Part shown: piece after piece, positions 44,357 to 55,008 of the stretch | How the letters are laid out: each line of letters begins with the position of its first letter | Position numbering within the stretch: position 1 is the first letter of the stretch | Origin: Egibacteraceae bacterium | GTDB lineage: Bacteria > Actinomycetota > Nitriliruptoria > Euzebyales > Egibacteraceae | DNA: 64,000 nt | Direction of reading: 5' to 3' | Assembly: GCA_050743625.1 (NCBI GenBank) | Contig: JBOGED010000195.1 | Coordinates: forward strand, 1,643-65,642 | Notes under the pieces: model-generated | What the model saw: only the letters and a program-made list of their open reading frames with translations | Told to the model about the DNA's origin: nothing | Database searches by the model: none | Translations under genes and position numbers: made by a program

Positions 44357-45540
44357 GGCCGCCTCCGCGAGCACACGACGGACGAGAGGCCGCGTCCTAA
44401 CCAGCGGAGCCGGTGCTGCCCGTGGTGAGCGAGCCACGCGGGATCGGGCAGGACAAGGGCTCGCATGAACGCCGCCTTGGAGCCAACGCCCTCTATCGCC
44501 TGCAGGGTGTCGAGGGCCCGATGGGCGTATCGCCGGCTTCGGTAGCCCGCGAGAAACCGTTGTTCCCTCCTGCTCGGCGTATACCGGTGAGCCCAGACAG
44601 ACAGGGGCACCGCGTCGGACAGCGCGAGCCGCTCCCACGACAGCCGTACCGCGAAGGCAAGCGCCCCTTCGGCGGCCCACGCCCTCGCCATCTCGAGCAC
44701 GCGGTCGGTGTTCAGCATGTCGGCCAGCACGTGCTGAGCGACATCCCGGAGCCGTACCAGGCGCGGGGGGACGCCAAGCGCCGCCTGATAGCAGGAGTGG
44801 AGAAAGTGCGCCTCAGGCGGCAGCGCCATGATCGGCCTGCTCCCGACCGAGAACACCGTCGCATCGTGGAACAGGGAGTCGAGCGGGATGGTCAGGCCGA
44901 ACGGACCGGAAATCAGGTTGCGGTGCAGGTTGATGGACATCCCGTCAGCCCGCGAGAGTGTGACGGCCATACCGAACGTCTCGTCGAAGCCTGGCCGTAA
45001 TGTCGGTGACCCGCGTTGGTACCCGAGCGCCATCAGCACATGCAGCGCCGTATGGAGCTGCGCTTGCGGTACGAGCACGCCAACGTCCCGGTAGGGACGT
45101 GCCGCAGGATCTGGGTAGGCGAAACGGGCCGTCGCCGCGCCGTTGAGGGCCCGCGATGCGATGCCGGCCCGGTTGAGCGCCTCCACGGCCTCCAAGAGCC
45201 CGGCCTCGCGCAACAGCACCCCACCCGTCGCCCGCGCATGCAGCTGGCGCGCCCCCCGGGCCTGCTCACGGGTCGCGGGCAACGCCTGCGACGCGATCGC
45301 GTGGAGCAGCAGCCCGCTGAGCCGATGCTGGTCGACCTGTGACAGGAAGTACCGCCAGCGCGCATCCTCCAAGAGCTCTGCCGGCCAAGCTAGCCGGGAG
45401 CCCGGTAAACCCGCGGCCGCCGTGGCATGCAAGAGACGCCCGATCGCGCTGGCGTGGGCGGGAGAGGCGGACCCGGCGGGATTGTGTGAGGGATAGGCGA
45501 CATATAGGTCGCGTATCCCGCACACAGGGAATCCGGCCAT
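44353..45540 (-). CDS. Nucleotidyltransferase-family protein (PF14907-like), copy 2, embedded in the polysaccharide operon
   Basis: YRDVGVLVPQAQLHTALHVLMALGYQR is an NTase motif. It is collinear with 34986..36164 (for example DVAQHVLADML versus DVAQMLLGAKL). It is translationally coupled at both ends. Confidence 0.7.
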   Translation of the reverse strand: MAGFPVCGIRDLYVAYPSHNPAGSASPAHASAIGRLLHATAAAGLPGSRLAWPAELLEDARWRYFLSQVDQHRLSGLLLHAIASQALPATREQARGARQLHARATGGVLLREAGLLEAVEALNRAGIASRALNGAATARFAYPDPAARPYRDVGVLVPQAQLHTALHVLMALGYQRGSPTLRPGFDETFGMAVTLSRADGMSINLHRNLISGPFGLTIPLDSLFHDATVFSVGSRPIMALPPEAHFLHSCYQAALGVPPRLVRLRDVAQHVLADMLNTDRVLEMARAWAAEGALAFAVRLSWERLALSDAVPLSVWAHRYTPSRREQRFLAGYRSRRYAHRALDTLQAIEGVGSKAAFMRALVLPDPAWLAHHGQHRLRWLGRGLSSVVCSRRRP

Positions 45541-47288
45541 CAGGCGTCGTGGCCGTTGAGCGGCGTGGACGCGGGTGCCGCCATGCGGGCGTGGTTATCC
45601 GGTTGCGTCCCATGGCCAGGGTTGCCGTACTGACGGCCTGGCGCCGCGCCGTGCCCTGCGGCCACCCCGACGAGCACCACACCCAGGACCGGGGCCTCCA
45701 GCCGGCCGAGGAGCTCTCTGGTGAGCGCGGCGGACTCGGCGGTCGTATACCCACTCCGGGCGACGACCACCACCGCGTCAGCATGGGGGATGAGCGCCGC
45801 GGGGTCGTTGACGCCCAGCATCGAGCCCGCGTCGATGATGACGATGTCGGCGATCTCGCTCGCCTCCCTGATCAGGGTCTGGTCCGAGCGCAAGATCTGA
45901 CCGAGCCTCGCGAGCTGTCGCCCGCTTGGCACGATCCACACGCCGCTGATGTCGGTCTGCTGGGCCAGCGTCGACAACGAGGTCTTCTCCGAGTCCCGCA
46001 GCAGGAAATCCGCCACACCCGGATGGGGCAGGGCGCCGAGGTACCGATGCGCTCCCGGATTGCGAAAGTCGCAATCCAACACAAGCACCCGCGTACCGAT
46101 CTCTGCGAAGCTGGCGGCAAGGTTCGCGACGGTGCTGGTCTTGCCCTCGCCCGTGCTGGCAGAGGTGACAAGCACGACGCTGGGGGGCGTCCCTTTAGTC
46201 TCACGAGACGCGGTGGCCAGCTCCGACGGGCCTGGCGGATGCCCGCTGCCGGGCGGTTGTGGGGCCAGCACCCAGCGTGGCATGAGCTGCAGTGACAGGC
46301 GCAAGGCCGTGTACGCCTCCGCCGTTTGCGACCGAGGATCGGAGCGGACGATGACTGCGTGGTCGGATAGCGCACGGGATGGGAGGCGAGGGACCTCCGC
46401 GACGACCGGGAGGCCAAATGCGTGCTCGACACTGCCGCGTGTCCGCAGCCGGCTGTCGACCCGATCGAGCCGGTAGGCCAGCGCAAGCCCCAGCGCGAGC
46501 CCCATGACCGCCCCGATGGCGATGCGGGCGGCCAAGCTGGCCGGGGGTCGGATACCCTGCTGGGTCGGGATGGGGATCGCCTCTTGCAAGGTGTAGAGCC
46601 CTCCCATCGCCGCCTCCGCCCCGGAGAGCTGCTCGATCCGCCGCAAGGTGGCGCTGTACTCACCTTGGAGCGCGTCCCGCTCGGTCAGCGTGACCTGGTA
46701 CTGGGCGTCCGCCCCCAGCGCGACTGTCAGGTTCGCGGGGGACGCCACCGCCGCGATCTCTTGCAGCCTTCTCGCGACGTCAAGGCTGAGGTCGCGGATT
46801 CGCTCCTCCTGAGAGCGCCGCAGCCTTTCGGCGCTCTCGAGCGCGGCTTGCCGCGCCTCCTCGGCCTCGGCCCGCACGTAGCGCACCGCCTCCTCCGCGA
46901 GCGTGTTCGCGAGCAGAGCGGCGAGCGTGGGGTCCTCATCTTCGGCGGTCAACGACAGGATGCCGGTCTCTGGATCGCCGGTGGCGATGACCTTGCTGGC
47001 GAGCTCCGCCGGCTCGAGGCCCACGCCGAGCCGCTCGGCGGCGGCGGTCGGGATCGGCCCTGTGGCGATCAGCAGAGCGAGCACGTCCAGCCCGATCGCA
47101 TTGCCCTCGCGCTCCGGCAGGGCGTCCTGGACCAACAGGTGGGTCGCCGAGTAGATGACGGGCTCGGGCTCCCGGGGCGTGGTCAGCCAGGCGACGACCG
47201 TAGCCAGCTGGAGCGAGAGGAGCACCACTGGCCACCTACGGCGCAGGATCCTCAGATAGTGAACGGGTCCCATTACCGCACCTGTCAA
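45540..47288 (-). CDS. Polysaccharide co-polymerase / BY-kinase-like protein (Wzc-like: Wzz domain plus P-loop ATPase)
   Basis: N-terminal TM helix, coiled-coil and second TM helix, then Walker A SASTGEGKTSTVANLA and VLVLDCDFRNP. No obvious C-terminal Tyr cluster; there is only one Tyr in the tail. Confidence 0.8.
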   Translation of the reverse strand: MTGAVMGPVHYLRILRRRWPVVLLSLQLATVVAWLTTPREPEPVIYSATHLLVQDALPEREGNAIGLDVLALLIATGPIPTAAAERLGVGLEPAELASKVIATGDPETGILSLTAEDEDPTLAALLANTLAEEAVRYVRAEAEEARQAALESAERLRRSQEERIRDLSLDVARRLQEIAAVASPANLTVALGADAQYQVTLTERDALQGEYSATLRRIEQLSGAEAAMGGLYTLQEAIPIPTQQGIRPPASLAARIAIGAVMGLALGLALAYRLDRVDSRLRTRGSVEHAFGLPVVAEVPRLPSRALSDHAVIVRSDPRSQTAEAYTALRLSLQLMPRWVLAPQPPGSGHPPGPSELATASRETKGTPPSVVLVTSASTGEGKTSTVANLAASFAEIGTRVLVLDCDFRNPGAHRYLGALPHPGVADFLLRDSEKTSLSTLAQQTDISGVWIVPSGRQLARLGQILRSDQTLIREASEIADIVIIDAGSMLGVNDPAALIPHADAVVVVARSGYTTAESAALTRELLGRLEAPVLGVVLVGVAAGHGAAPGRQYGNPGHGTQPDNHARMAAPASTPLNGHDA

Positions 47289-49207
47289 CGCATGCCCATG
47301 GCTTGGACGCGATCCGCTTGGGCGCGCGGGGTCTCAGCTCCGGCCTCGCGCTGCGATCGAGATGGGTCCTCGCGGGCGTCGCCCGCGATCGCGAAGAGGA
47401 CATCGGCGACCGCGGCGTCGTCGTGGTGACGAGCCAGCTCCTCCAGCCTGGTGATACCGGCGTCCAGGACCCGTGCGTCGAGCTGCGCGGGACGGAGCTT
47501 GAACACCGCGGGGTGGTGGGTTGGGATCGGCATCTCGTCAGCGCTGTGAAGCTCTTCGGCGAACTTCTCGCCTGGTCGCCTCCCGACGACGCGTAGGGGC
47601 ACGTCGATGCCTACCCGCCGTCCCGACAAGCGGATCATTCGCTCGGCCAGGTCGAGAATCCTCACCGGCTCGCCCATCTCGAGCATGAAGATCTCCCCCC
47701 CATCCGCGAGCGCCGCCGCTTGCAAGACGAGCTGGACCGCCTCTGGAATGCTCATAAAGAAACGAGTCATCCGCGGATCGGTTACCGTCACCGGGCCGCC
47801 AGCGGCGATCTGGCGCATGAACGTGGGGATCACGCTGCCGCGGCTGCCCAGCACGTTGCCGAAACGGACCGCGCAGTAGTGCGAGCCTTGCGGCGCCCGC
47901 GCGAGCAGGATCTGCTCACCGAGCCGCTTCGACGCCCCCATCACGGACGAAGGACGGACGGCCTTGTCGGTCGATACGAAGACGAGCCGTTCCACTCCCA
48001 CGTTGGCCGCCGACTCCACGACATTCACCGTGCCAAGGACGTTCGTGGCGACCGCTTCGCAAGGATACTCCTCGAGGATCGGTACGTGCTTGTGCGCGGC
48101 CGCATGGAAGATCACCTCCGGCCGGTGGCGGATCATCAGCTTGTCCATGATGGACCGGTCCCTGATGTCCGCGAGGACCTGAACGCATGCCGCTTCCACG
48201 CTCGCGGCGCTCTCGAACAGATGGGTCTCGTCGTGATCGAGGAGTATCAGCGAGGCCGGATCGGATGCGGCGACCTGCCGGGCGATCTCCGAGCCGATCG
48301 AGCCGCCCGCGCCGGTGATGAGCACCCGCCGGCCTGCCAGTATGCGGTCGATCGCGTCGCGGTCGGTCGTGATCTGCCGCCGCCCGAGCAAGTCGTCGAT
48401 ACAGAGATCGCGAACGTCGCGAACGCTGATCCTGCCGTCGACCAGCTCACGCACGCTCGGGAGGACCTTGAGCGGCAACCCGGCGGCGTCGGCCGCATCG
48501 GCTACCCGCCGGACCAACTCGCTGCTGGCCGACGGGATCGCGAGCAGCGCCTGCTCTGCCCGGAACCGCTCCACGGCGGCCGGCATCTGGTCGATGCCTC
48601 CGATGACCGGCACACCGCACAGGGAAAGGTGCTGCTTCCGCGGATCGTCGTCGAGCGCCGCCACGGCGACGAGCCCGCTGCCCGCCGTCCGCGCCAGGTC
48701 ACGGAGGATGGCCGCGCCGGATTCACCCGCCCCAATGACAAGGACCCGCGTCGCCTGCCTTGAGCTCACACGACGGAAGGCGAAGAGCCGGGACTGGAAG
48801 CGCAGCCCGCCGACGAGCAGCATCGCGATCACCGGACCGAGAAAGAGCACCGAAGCGGGCAGGACGCGATGACCGTCTAAGAACCACCTGAGGTTAATTA
48901 TCCCCGCCATGGCGCTGGCCAGCACGACTCGCCGTGCTTCTTGAATGCTGGCGTGTCGCCACATCTGGCCATACAAACCCCATACGGCGTGCGCGAATAG
49001 GTGCACACCCAGTGCGAGGGGAATGAAGCGTGGAAAGTTCCTCCAATACGCGTGCGGCACGAGACCATCAAAGCGTGCGAGCAACACAATCAGATATGCG
49101 AAACTCACGAGCACGGCATCCAGTACCAGCAGGGGCAACCCGCCGCGTACCCGGGTGGCTGCCAGAGACACGCGCAGCTGCCAGCCAGACAACGACGCGG
49201 GACACAT
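47285..49207 (-). CDS. Membrane-bound NDP-sugar 4,6-dehydratase/epimerase (CapD/PglF/WbpM-like)
   Basis: N-terminal TM helices and two Rossmann motifs (VLVIGAGESGAAI and VLITGAGGSIGSE). ATG 49207 is preferred over the extended track start at 49414. Confidence 0.85.
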   Translation of the reverse strand: MCPASLSGWQLRVSLAATRVRGGLPLLVLDAVLVSFAYLIVLLARFDGLVPHAYWRNFPRFIPLALGVHLFAHAVWGLYGQMWRHASIQEARRVVLASAMAGIINLRWFLDGHRVLPASVLFLGPVIAMLLVGGLRFQSRLFAFRRVSSRQATRVLVIGAGESGAAILRDLARTAGSGLVAVAALDDDPRKQHLSLCGVPVIGGIDQMPAAVERFRAEQALLAIPSASSELVRRVADAADAAGLPLKVLPSVRELVDGRISVRDVRDLCIDDLLGRRQITTDRDAIDRILAGRRVLITGAGGSIGSEIARQVAASDPASLILLDHDETHLFESAASVEAACVQVLADIRDRSIMDKLMIRHRPEVIFHAAAHKHVPILEEYPCEAVATNVLGTVNVVESAANVGVERLVFVSTDKAVRPSSVMGASKRLGEQILLARAPQGSHYCAVRFGNVLGSRGSVIPTFMRQIAAGGPVTVTDPRMTRFFMSIPEAVQLVLQAAALADGGEIFMLEMGEPVRILDLAERMIRLSGRRVGIDVPLRVVGRRPGEKFAEELHSADEMPIPTHHPAVFKLRPAQLDARVLDAGITRLEELARHHDDAAVADVLFAIAGDAREDPSRSQREAGAETPRAQADRVQAMGMR

Positions 49208-49519
49208 TTGAGTATTCCGCCTCACGACCAGGCCACACGTGTTGCCGCCACCCGCCCCATAGCCGACATGTCTCGCCCGCTTTCCGCCCCGCTTGGTACT
49301 GGTGGTCCACAGTACCTCCCGCATCGCCCTCGCCAGCTTAAGCCGCAAATCCGTTCCGTCAATAGCCATCGAGTAGTAACCCGTGTGGGCCAATGGCGAC
49401 ACATGCGTCGCCAATGCTCCTCAAAGACACATCGGAGTTTTTATATATGTTCACGTCTTGCCGTGGACGCAGTGAGCTGATGCGGTACCATCCAGCGGGC
49501 GGGATTGGGCGTATGAATA

Positions 49520-51322
49520 GTGCCAAAGGTGGGTGCATTGGTCGGTGCGGTGACCCAGCTGGGGACGGCGCGGCGGCGTGGGCGCTGGGTCGCAGAGATA
49601 CGGCCGCTGCTCGGTACGCGGCGGTGGCGGCTGATCGCGCTGGCCGCCAGCTCCACGATCGGTGGGTTTAGCCAAGCGCTGATCCTCGTCGCGCTTGTCA
49701 ATATCGCGCTCGCACTGACCGCCGGACGTCAACGGGTGAACCTCACCGTCGGCGTTGTCCGCCTGGGGGAGGCCCCCATTGGGATGGTATTCGCGATTGC
49801 CGCGGGACTGATCGTGGTGGTGCTTGTCGCCACCTACCTGGCGGCGACTCTCGCCGCGCGCATGAGCGCTGACGTGCTCGCGTCGCTTCGCCGGGCGATG
49901 TTCGCGAGCTTCATGGAAGCGTCGTGGAGCCTGCAGGTCACCGAGAGCCGCGGAGGGTTCCAAGAGCTCGTCACCAACCACAGCGAGAAGGCCGCGACGG
50001 TTGTGTTGCACGTTGCGGCCTTGATCGTGGGAGTCACGAACCTCGGCGCCTTACTGCTCAGTGCGCTGCTGATCGACACCCTGTCGACGGCGGCGATGCT
50101 CCTTGGGGTAGGCCTGCTGCTCGCCGGGATCCAGCCGCTTGCGCGGCGCATTCGCGAGCACTCGCACGCGCAGGCGCGCGCGGGAACCGCGTTCGCCGCG
50201 GCGGTGTCCGAGTCCGTCGCGCTGGCCCGGGACGTACGGGTGTTCAACGTCGAGCCGTCCATGCGCGCGCGGTTGGGAGGCTACATCGACGCGGTGTCCG
50301 GCCCGTACTTTCGTACCCACTTCAACCAGCGCTTTGTCCCGAGCCTGTTCCAACACCTCGCGTTCGTGCTCGTGCTCTTGGCCATGGGTCTCGTGTACCT
50401 GCTTGGGGCCACCCGCGTCGATGCGCTCGGAGCCGTGGTCCTCCTGTTGCTGCGCGCGCTCGCCTACGCGCAGAACCTCCAGCGAACCGCCCATCAACTC
50501 ACGGAGGCAGGCCCGTACGCCCAGCGATTGCGCGAGCGGAAGGAGCGGTACGAGGGAGCGCGCGTCACCCGAGCTGGGCAGCCGCTGAGGCGGATCGAGT
50601 CGATCGAGCTGCAGGACGTGTGGTTCACCTACCCGACCGGCGCTCCCGGCCTGCAAGAGGTCAGCGTTCGCATCGACCGTGGGCAATCCATCGGTGTCTT
50701 GGGTCCTTCGGGCGGCGGGAAGTCGACCTTGGTCCAGCTGCTGCTGCGCTTGCGGGATCCCGAGCGTGGGCGCTACCTCATCAACGGGTCGGAGGCGTCT
50801 CGGTTCGACCTGGACGACTGGTACCGCAGGGTTGCGTACATGGCGCAAGAGCCGCAACTCTGCTCGGGCAGCGTCCGCGACAACATCCGCTTCCTGCGGG
50901 AGGGCGTTGGCGACGCGGACGTCGAGCGGGCCGCTCGGCTCGCGCGCATCCACGACGAGATCCTCGACCTCGCGCACGGGTACGACAGCGACGTCGGCGA
51001 GCACGGGAAGAACCTGTCCGTCGGGCAGCGCCAGCGTATCTGCCTGGCGCGCGCCCTTGTCGCCGACCCCGCTCTGCTCATTCTCGATGAACCCACCTCA
51101 GCGCTCGACCTGCGCTCGGAGGCGGCGATCCAGCGGACGCTCGACGAGCTGAGGGGAACCGTGACGCTGATCCTCGTCGCCCATCACCTGTCGACCCTCA
51201 GAGGGTGCGACCACTTGATGGTGCTCGAGCGGGGACGGCTCACGGCCTTCGGTCCACCGGAGCTGATCCGAGACGCCAACGCCTTCTACCGTGATGCGCT
51301 CCGGCTCTCGCGCCTCGATTGA
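49520..51322 (+). CDS. ABC exporter, fused permease-ATPase (MsbA-like), copy in the polysaccharide locus
   Basis: TM domain followed by Walker A GPSGGGKST, signature LSVGQRQR and Walker B LLILDEPTSALD. Confidence 0.85.
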   Translation: MPKVGALVGAVTQLGTARRRGRWVAEIRPLLGTRRWRLIALAASSTIGGFSQALILVALVNIALALTAGRQRVNLTVGVVRLGEAPIGMVFAIAAGLIVVVLVATYLAATLAARMSADVLASLRRAMFASFMEASWSLQVTESRGGFQELVTNHSEKAATVVLHVAALIVGVTNLGALLLSALLIDTLSTAAMLLGVGLLLAGIQPLARRIREHSHAQARAGTAFAAAVSESVALARDVRVFNVEPSMRARLGGYIDAVSGPYFRTHFNQRFVPSLFQHLAFVLVLLAMGLVYLLGATRVDALGAVVLLLLRALAYAQNLQRTAHQLTEAGPYAQRLRERKERYEGARVTRAGQPLRRIESIELQDVWFTYPTGAPGLQEVSVRIDRGQSIGVLGPSGGGKSTLVQLLLRLRDPERGRYLINGSEASRFDLDDWYRRVAYMAQEPQLCSGSVRDNIRFLREGVGDADVERAARLARIHDEILDLAHGYDSDVGEHGKNLSVGQRQRICLARALVADPALLILDEPTSALDLRSEAAIQRTLDELRGTVTLILVAHHLSTLRGCDHLMVLERGRLTAFGPPELIRDANAFYRDALRLSRLD

Positions 51323-51325
51323 GCC

Positions 51326-52240
51326 ATGACCCGCCGCCTCAGCGATCTCGTGAGCGGCCGGCGCCCTCCCGCCGTACGCCCCGACACCTTCATCGTCGGC
51401 GCCGCCAAGTGCGGTACGACGGCGATGTACCACTACCTCGGGCAACACCCATCCATCTTCATGTCGGCGTACAAGGAGCCGAACTACTTCTGCGACGACC
51501 TTAACGTCCGGAGCCTCCACGCCCGCAACTTGGATACCTACCTCGCGCTGTTCGTGAGAGGGGAGGGCGCCACCCGCGTAGGAGAGGCATCCGTCGCCTA
51601 CCTGCTCTCGACGCGCGCGGCGTCGAACCTGGCGGCCTTCGCGCCCCGAGGTCGGGTCATCGTCATGCTCCGCAATCCGGTCGACGCGGTGTACTCGATG
51701 CACGGCCAGCTTGTGTTCAGCCGCATCCAGGCGGAGAAGGACTTCGCTCGGGCGCTTGCCCGGCGGCCGGCACCGCACGACAACGACTGGCTCGACTACC
51801 GCCGGTTCATGCGCTTCGGTGAGCAAGCCCAGCGGTACTTCACCGCGTTCGAGCGCTCGCGCATCTGCATCGTGCGCTACGAGGAGCTGCGCGCCGACAC
51901 GGCCGCCACGTACGACCGGGTGTTGCGCTTCCTCGGTGTGACGCCGCACCAGCTCAGCGGGTTCGGTGTGGTCAACGCGCACAAGGTGCCGCGATCCGAC
52001 GCGGTGCAGCGCCTGCTCACCCAGCCTCCAGACCGTTCGCGGTCGTTCGCTCGCGCGGCCATCCCAGACCGAATGCGGCACCAGATCCTCAGGTGGCTGA
52101 TCCGGCGCAACACTCGGCGCGCCCCCCGCGAGCCCATGCCACCCAGTCTTCGAGCCAGGCTCGTCGCGCAGATCCACGACGACATCCAACACCTGCAGGA
52201 GCTGACACAGCTCGACCTCACCAAGTGGCAAGAACCTTGA
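51326..52240 (+). CDS. Sulfotransferase (PAPS-dependent family)
   Basis: The 5'-PSB loop FIVGAAKCGTTAMYHYL and the following KEPNYF resemble cytosolic/heparan-type sulfotransferase folds. Confidence 0.8.
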   Translation: MTRRLSDLVSGRRPPAVRPDTFIVGAAKCGTTAMYHYLGQHPSIFMSAYKEPNYFCDDLNVRSLHARNLDTYLALFVRGEGATRVGEASVAYLLSTRAASNLAAFAPRGRVIVMLRNPVDAVYSMHGQLVFSRIQAEKDFARALARRPAPHDNDWLDYRRFMRFGEQAQRYFTAFERSRICIVRYEELRADTAATYDRVLRFLGVTPHQLSGFGVVNAHKVPRSDAVQRLLTQPPDRSRSFARAAIPDRMRHQILRWLIRRNTRRAPREPMPPSLRARLVAQIHDDIQHLQELTQLDLTKWQEP

Positions 52241-53094
52241 CGCAACTCCCAAACTTCTTCCTTATCGGTGCGCACAAAGCCGGCACCACGAGCATCAGCG
52301 TGCTGCTCGCCGCCCATCCTCAGATCGCGGTGGCTCGTCCCAAAGAGCCAGGGTTCTTCGCCAGAGACCGCGTCTACGCGAAGGGGCGCGGCTGGTACGC
52401 CGCCTGCTTCGATCACGCCGGGGAGAGCCGCGCGATCGGGGATTGCAGCACGATCTATTCCCAGTGTGGGGTCTTTCCCCAGACGGCGGCGCGGATCGCC
52501 GCGTTGACCCCTGCGGCCCGCATCATCTACGTCGGGCGCCATCCTCTCGAACGGGTTGCCTCGGCGTGGGTGCAGTATCGAGCGCAAGGACGGCCAGACG
52601 TCCCCGCGGACTTCTCCGCCGCGGTGCGATCCGTTCCCCAGCTGCTCGACGCCACCCTCTACTGGAAGCAGCTCTCGCGGTACCGCGGTCGCTTCTCGGA
52701 CCAGCAGATCCTCGCGCTGACCTTTGACGATTTCGTCGCCGACCCGGCCGGCGTGATGCGTCGCGTCTACCGTTTCCTCGGCGTCGACCCCGACTTCGTC
52801 CCCGAGGCCGCGAGCTGGGCGCATAACGTCTCCGCCGGCCAGCGCGAGCCCACGGCAATCCTGATGGTGTTGCGCAAGCTCAGGCCTCGGGACGGGCCTT
52901 TTCGCTTGCCAGTAGGCGCCATCACGCGAATCCGGCGCTGGACAACGCGACCGCTGCGATATCCCGCGTTCGACGCGGGCACGCGCGAGTGGGTGCTCGA
53001 GCGAGTCTGGAGCGACAACGCCGCGTTCCTTCGCTACGCCGGCGCAAGGTCCGACCTCTGGTCACGTCCCGTGAGCGCGCGGGGTGCCTCATGA
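52237..53094 (+). CDS. Sulfotransferase (second, paralogous)
   Basis: FLIGAHKAGTTSISVLL and KEPGFF motifs. The TTG at 52237 overlaps the upstream stop codon (TTGA). The longer track start at 52093 is rejected. Confidence 0.75.
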   Translation: MTQLPNFFLIGAHKAGTTSISVLLAAHPQIAVARPKEPGFFARDRVYAKGRGWYAACFDHAGESRAIGDCSTIYSQCGVFPQTAARIAALTPAARIIYVGRHPLERVASAWVQYRAQGRPDVPADFSAAVRSVPQLLDATLYWKQLSRYRGRFSDQQILALTFDDFVADPAGVMRRVYRFLGVDPDFVPEAASWAHNVSAGQREPTAILMVLRKLRPRDGPFRLPVGAITRIRRWTTRPLRYPAFDAGTREWVLERVWSDNAAFLRYAGARSDLWSRPVSARGAS

Positions 53095-54473
53095 ACGTGA
53101 TACATACCGGCCGTGTGCGGCGGGATCACGCCACCATGGTCATCGGCCTGGCCGGCATCGCGCTCGCGGTCGGCGGCGCGATGTGGGCGGGCAACACGCT
53201 CAGCTACAACATCTGGGCTGGCCTGATCGTCGCTGTGGCGCTGCTTGGGGTAAGCCTGCCGTTGCTGGCTCGCGCCGAGCGGGACCGGCGCATCGCCCGT
53301 CTGCTCATCGCGGCGCTCGTCGTCAGGCTGGCGGCGTCGGCTGTCCGATACGTCATGGTCTTCGCCTTCTTGGACTTCGGGGACGTGCTCAACTACGTGC
53401 GAGCCGGCGATCAGCTCGCTGAGCTTTTCCGCCAGGGTGTCTTCTCCTTCGACCTCGGGCGTTCCCTCGTGGGCACAGGGTTCGTCCAGGTCGTCACGGG
53501 CGTCGTCTTGACGGTGACGGGCTCGTCGCTGTTGGGTGCGTTTTTCATCTTTGCGTGGCTCGGATATTGGGGGATGTACTTCTTCTATCGCGCCTTCCGC
53601 ACCGCATGTCCAGAGGGCGACGGCGTGCGCTACGCATGGCTCGTGCTATTTATGCCCTCTTTGGTCTTCTGGCCCGCGGGCATTGGCAAAGAAGCGTGGA
53701 TGCTTCTCACCTTAGGCCTCAGCGCCTACGGCGTCGCTCGTGTGTTGAACCATCACGCGGGCGGATACCCGCTCCTCGCCCTCGGTCTGGGCGGCGTGAC
53801 GATGGTGCGGCCGCACATGAGCGTGTTGCTGTGCTGCGGCCTCGTCGCGAGTTATCTCGCGCGGTCCTCCCGCCACGGCGTGTCGCCAGAGCGCTCGCAC
53901 GTCGGTCTCGCGGCACGCCTTGGCGGGATGGTGATGCTCGCTGCGCTCAGCGTGGTGGTCGTCACGCAGGCGGAGCGCTTCTTCGGTGTGGAGGACCGGG
54001 ACCTGACGGCACAGGTCGATGCGGTCCTGGCCTTGACCCACCAGCGAAGCACACGGGGGGGCTCGGAGTTCGAGGCCACCCCGGTCCGGTCACCACTCCA
54101 GCTGCCAGGGGCGATCGCGACCGTGCTCTTACGGCCGTTCCCCTTCGAGGCGCACAACACCCGGGCGCTGATCGCCTCCCTCGAGGGCGTTGCGCTCATC
54201 GGTCTGGCGGTCATCTCGCTGCCACGGCTGCGAGGTGTCCCCTCTCACATGAGACGAAATCCTTATGTGACGTTCGTGGTGGTGTACTCGCTCCTGTTCG
54301 TCGTGGCGTTCTCCAACATCGGGAACCTCGGCCTCCTCGCCCGCCAACGGATACAGGCGTTCCCCATCCTGCTGGTCCTCTTCGCGCTCCCCCCGCGGCC
54401 TACCGGCGCACAGGCTCCGAGGGTGTGGGCTCGGGGGCGGGAAAGTCCGGGTTCACGCCCCCCTCGCCGGTGA
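53091..54473 (+). CDS. Polytopic membrane protein, possible polysaccharide polymerase (Wzy/EpsG-like)
   Basis: The ATG at 53091 overlaps the upstream stop codon (ATGA). There are at least 10 predicted hydrophobic helices. I found no recognisable catalytic motif. Confidence 0.5.
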   Translation: MNVIHTGRVRRDHATMVIGLAGIALAVGGAMWAGNTLSYNIWAGLIVAVALLGVSLPLLARAERDRRIARLLIAALVVRLAASAVRYVMVFAFLDFGDVLNYVRAGDQLAELFRQGVFSFDLGRSLVGTGFVQVVTGVVLTVTGSSLLGAFFIFAWLGYWGMYFFYRAFRTACPEGDGVRYAWLVLFMPSLVFWPAGIGKEAWMLLTLGLSAYGVARVLNHHAGGYPLLALGLGGVTMVRPHMSVLLCCGLVASYLARSSRHGVSPERSHVGLAARLGGMVMLAALSVVVVTQAERFFGVEDRDLTAQVDAVLALTHQRSTRGGSEFEATPVRSPLQLPGAIATVLLRPFPFEAHNTRALIASLEGVALIGLAVISLPRLRGVPSHMRRNPYVTFVVVYSLLFVVAFSNIGNLGLLARQRIQAFPILLVLFALPPRPTGAQAPRVWARGRESPGSRPPRR

Positions 54474-55008
54474 TGCCCTGGGGGCGGAGCAGCCCGAGGA
54501 TCGTCCACCCGATGATGCGGAGGTCGAGCCAGATATTGCGGTGCTGGATGTACCAGATATCCAGCTCGATCCGTTCTGGCCAGCTGAGGCTGTTACGGCC
54601 CTTGGTCGCGGCGTAGCCGGTGAGCCCGGGACGCACGCGCAGGCGCCGGCGCTCGTGAGCGCCGTAGCGGGCGACCTGCTCGGGCAGCGTCGGGCGTGGG
54701 CCGACGATGTCCATCTCACCGCGGAGCACGTTCCAGAACTGTGGAAGCTCATCCAGGCTGTAGGTGCGCAGCAGCTTGCCCAGCCTGGTCGTGCGGTCGC
54801 GATCGGTTTCGCCGGGGTAGCGAGGCGGGTGCATGGTGCGAAACTTGCAGATCCAGAACTCGCGTCCCTCGAAGCCGCTGCGGCGCTGGCGGAACAGCAC
54901 CGGACGGCCCATACCGACCAGGATGGCCGCGGAGATCACGGCGAGCAGGGGGCTCAGCACTGTCAACGCGACCATGGCAACGATGAGGCTCAACGTTCGT
55001 CTCGCCAC
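54400..55008 (-). CDS. Small bacterial sugar transferase / phosphoglycosyl transferase (PglC/WbaP C-terminal type)
   Basis: LFRQRRSGFEGREFWICKFRTMH and DELPQFWNVLRGEMDIVGPRP are hallmark motifs. The GTG at 55008 gives about 202 aa with one N-terminal re-entrant helix. Confidence 0.85.
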   Translation of the reverse strand: MARRTLSLIVAMVALTVLSPLLAVISAAILVGMGRPVLFRQRRSGFEGREFWICKFRTMHPPRYPGETDRDRTTRLGKLLRTYSLDELPQFWNVLRGEMDIVGPRPTLPEQVARYGAHERRRLRVRPGLTGYAATKGRNSLSWPERIELDIWYIQHRNIWLDLRIIGWTILGLLRPQGITGEGGVNPDFPAPEPTPSEPVRR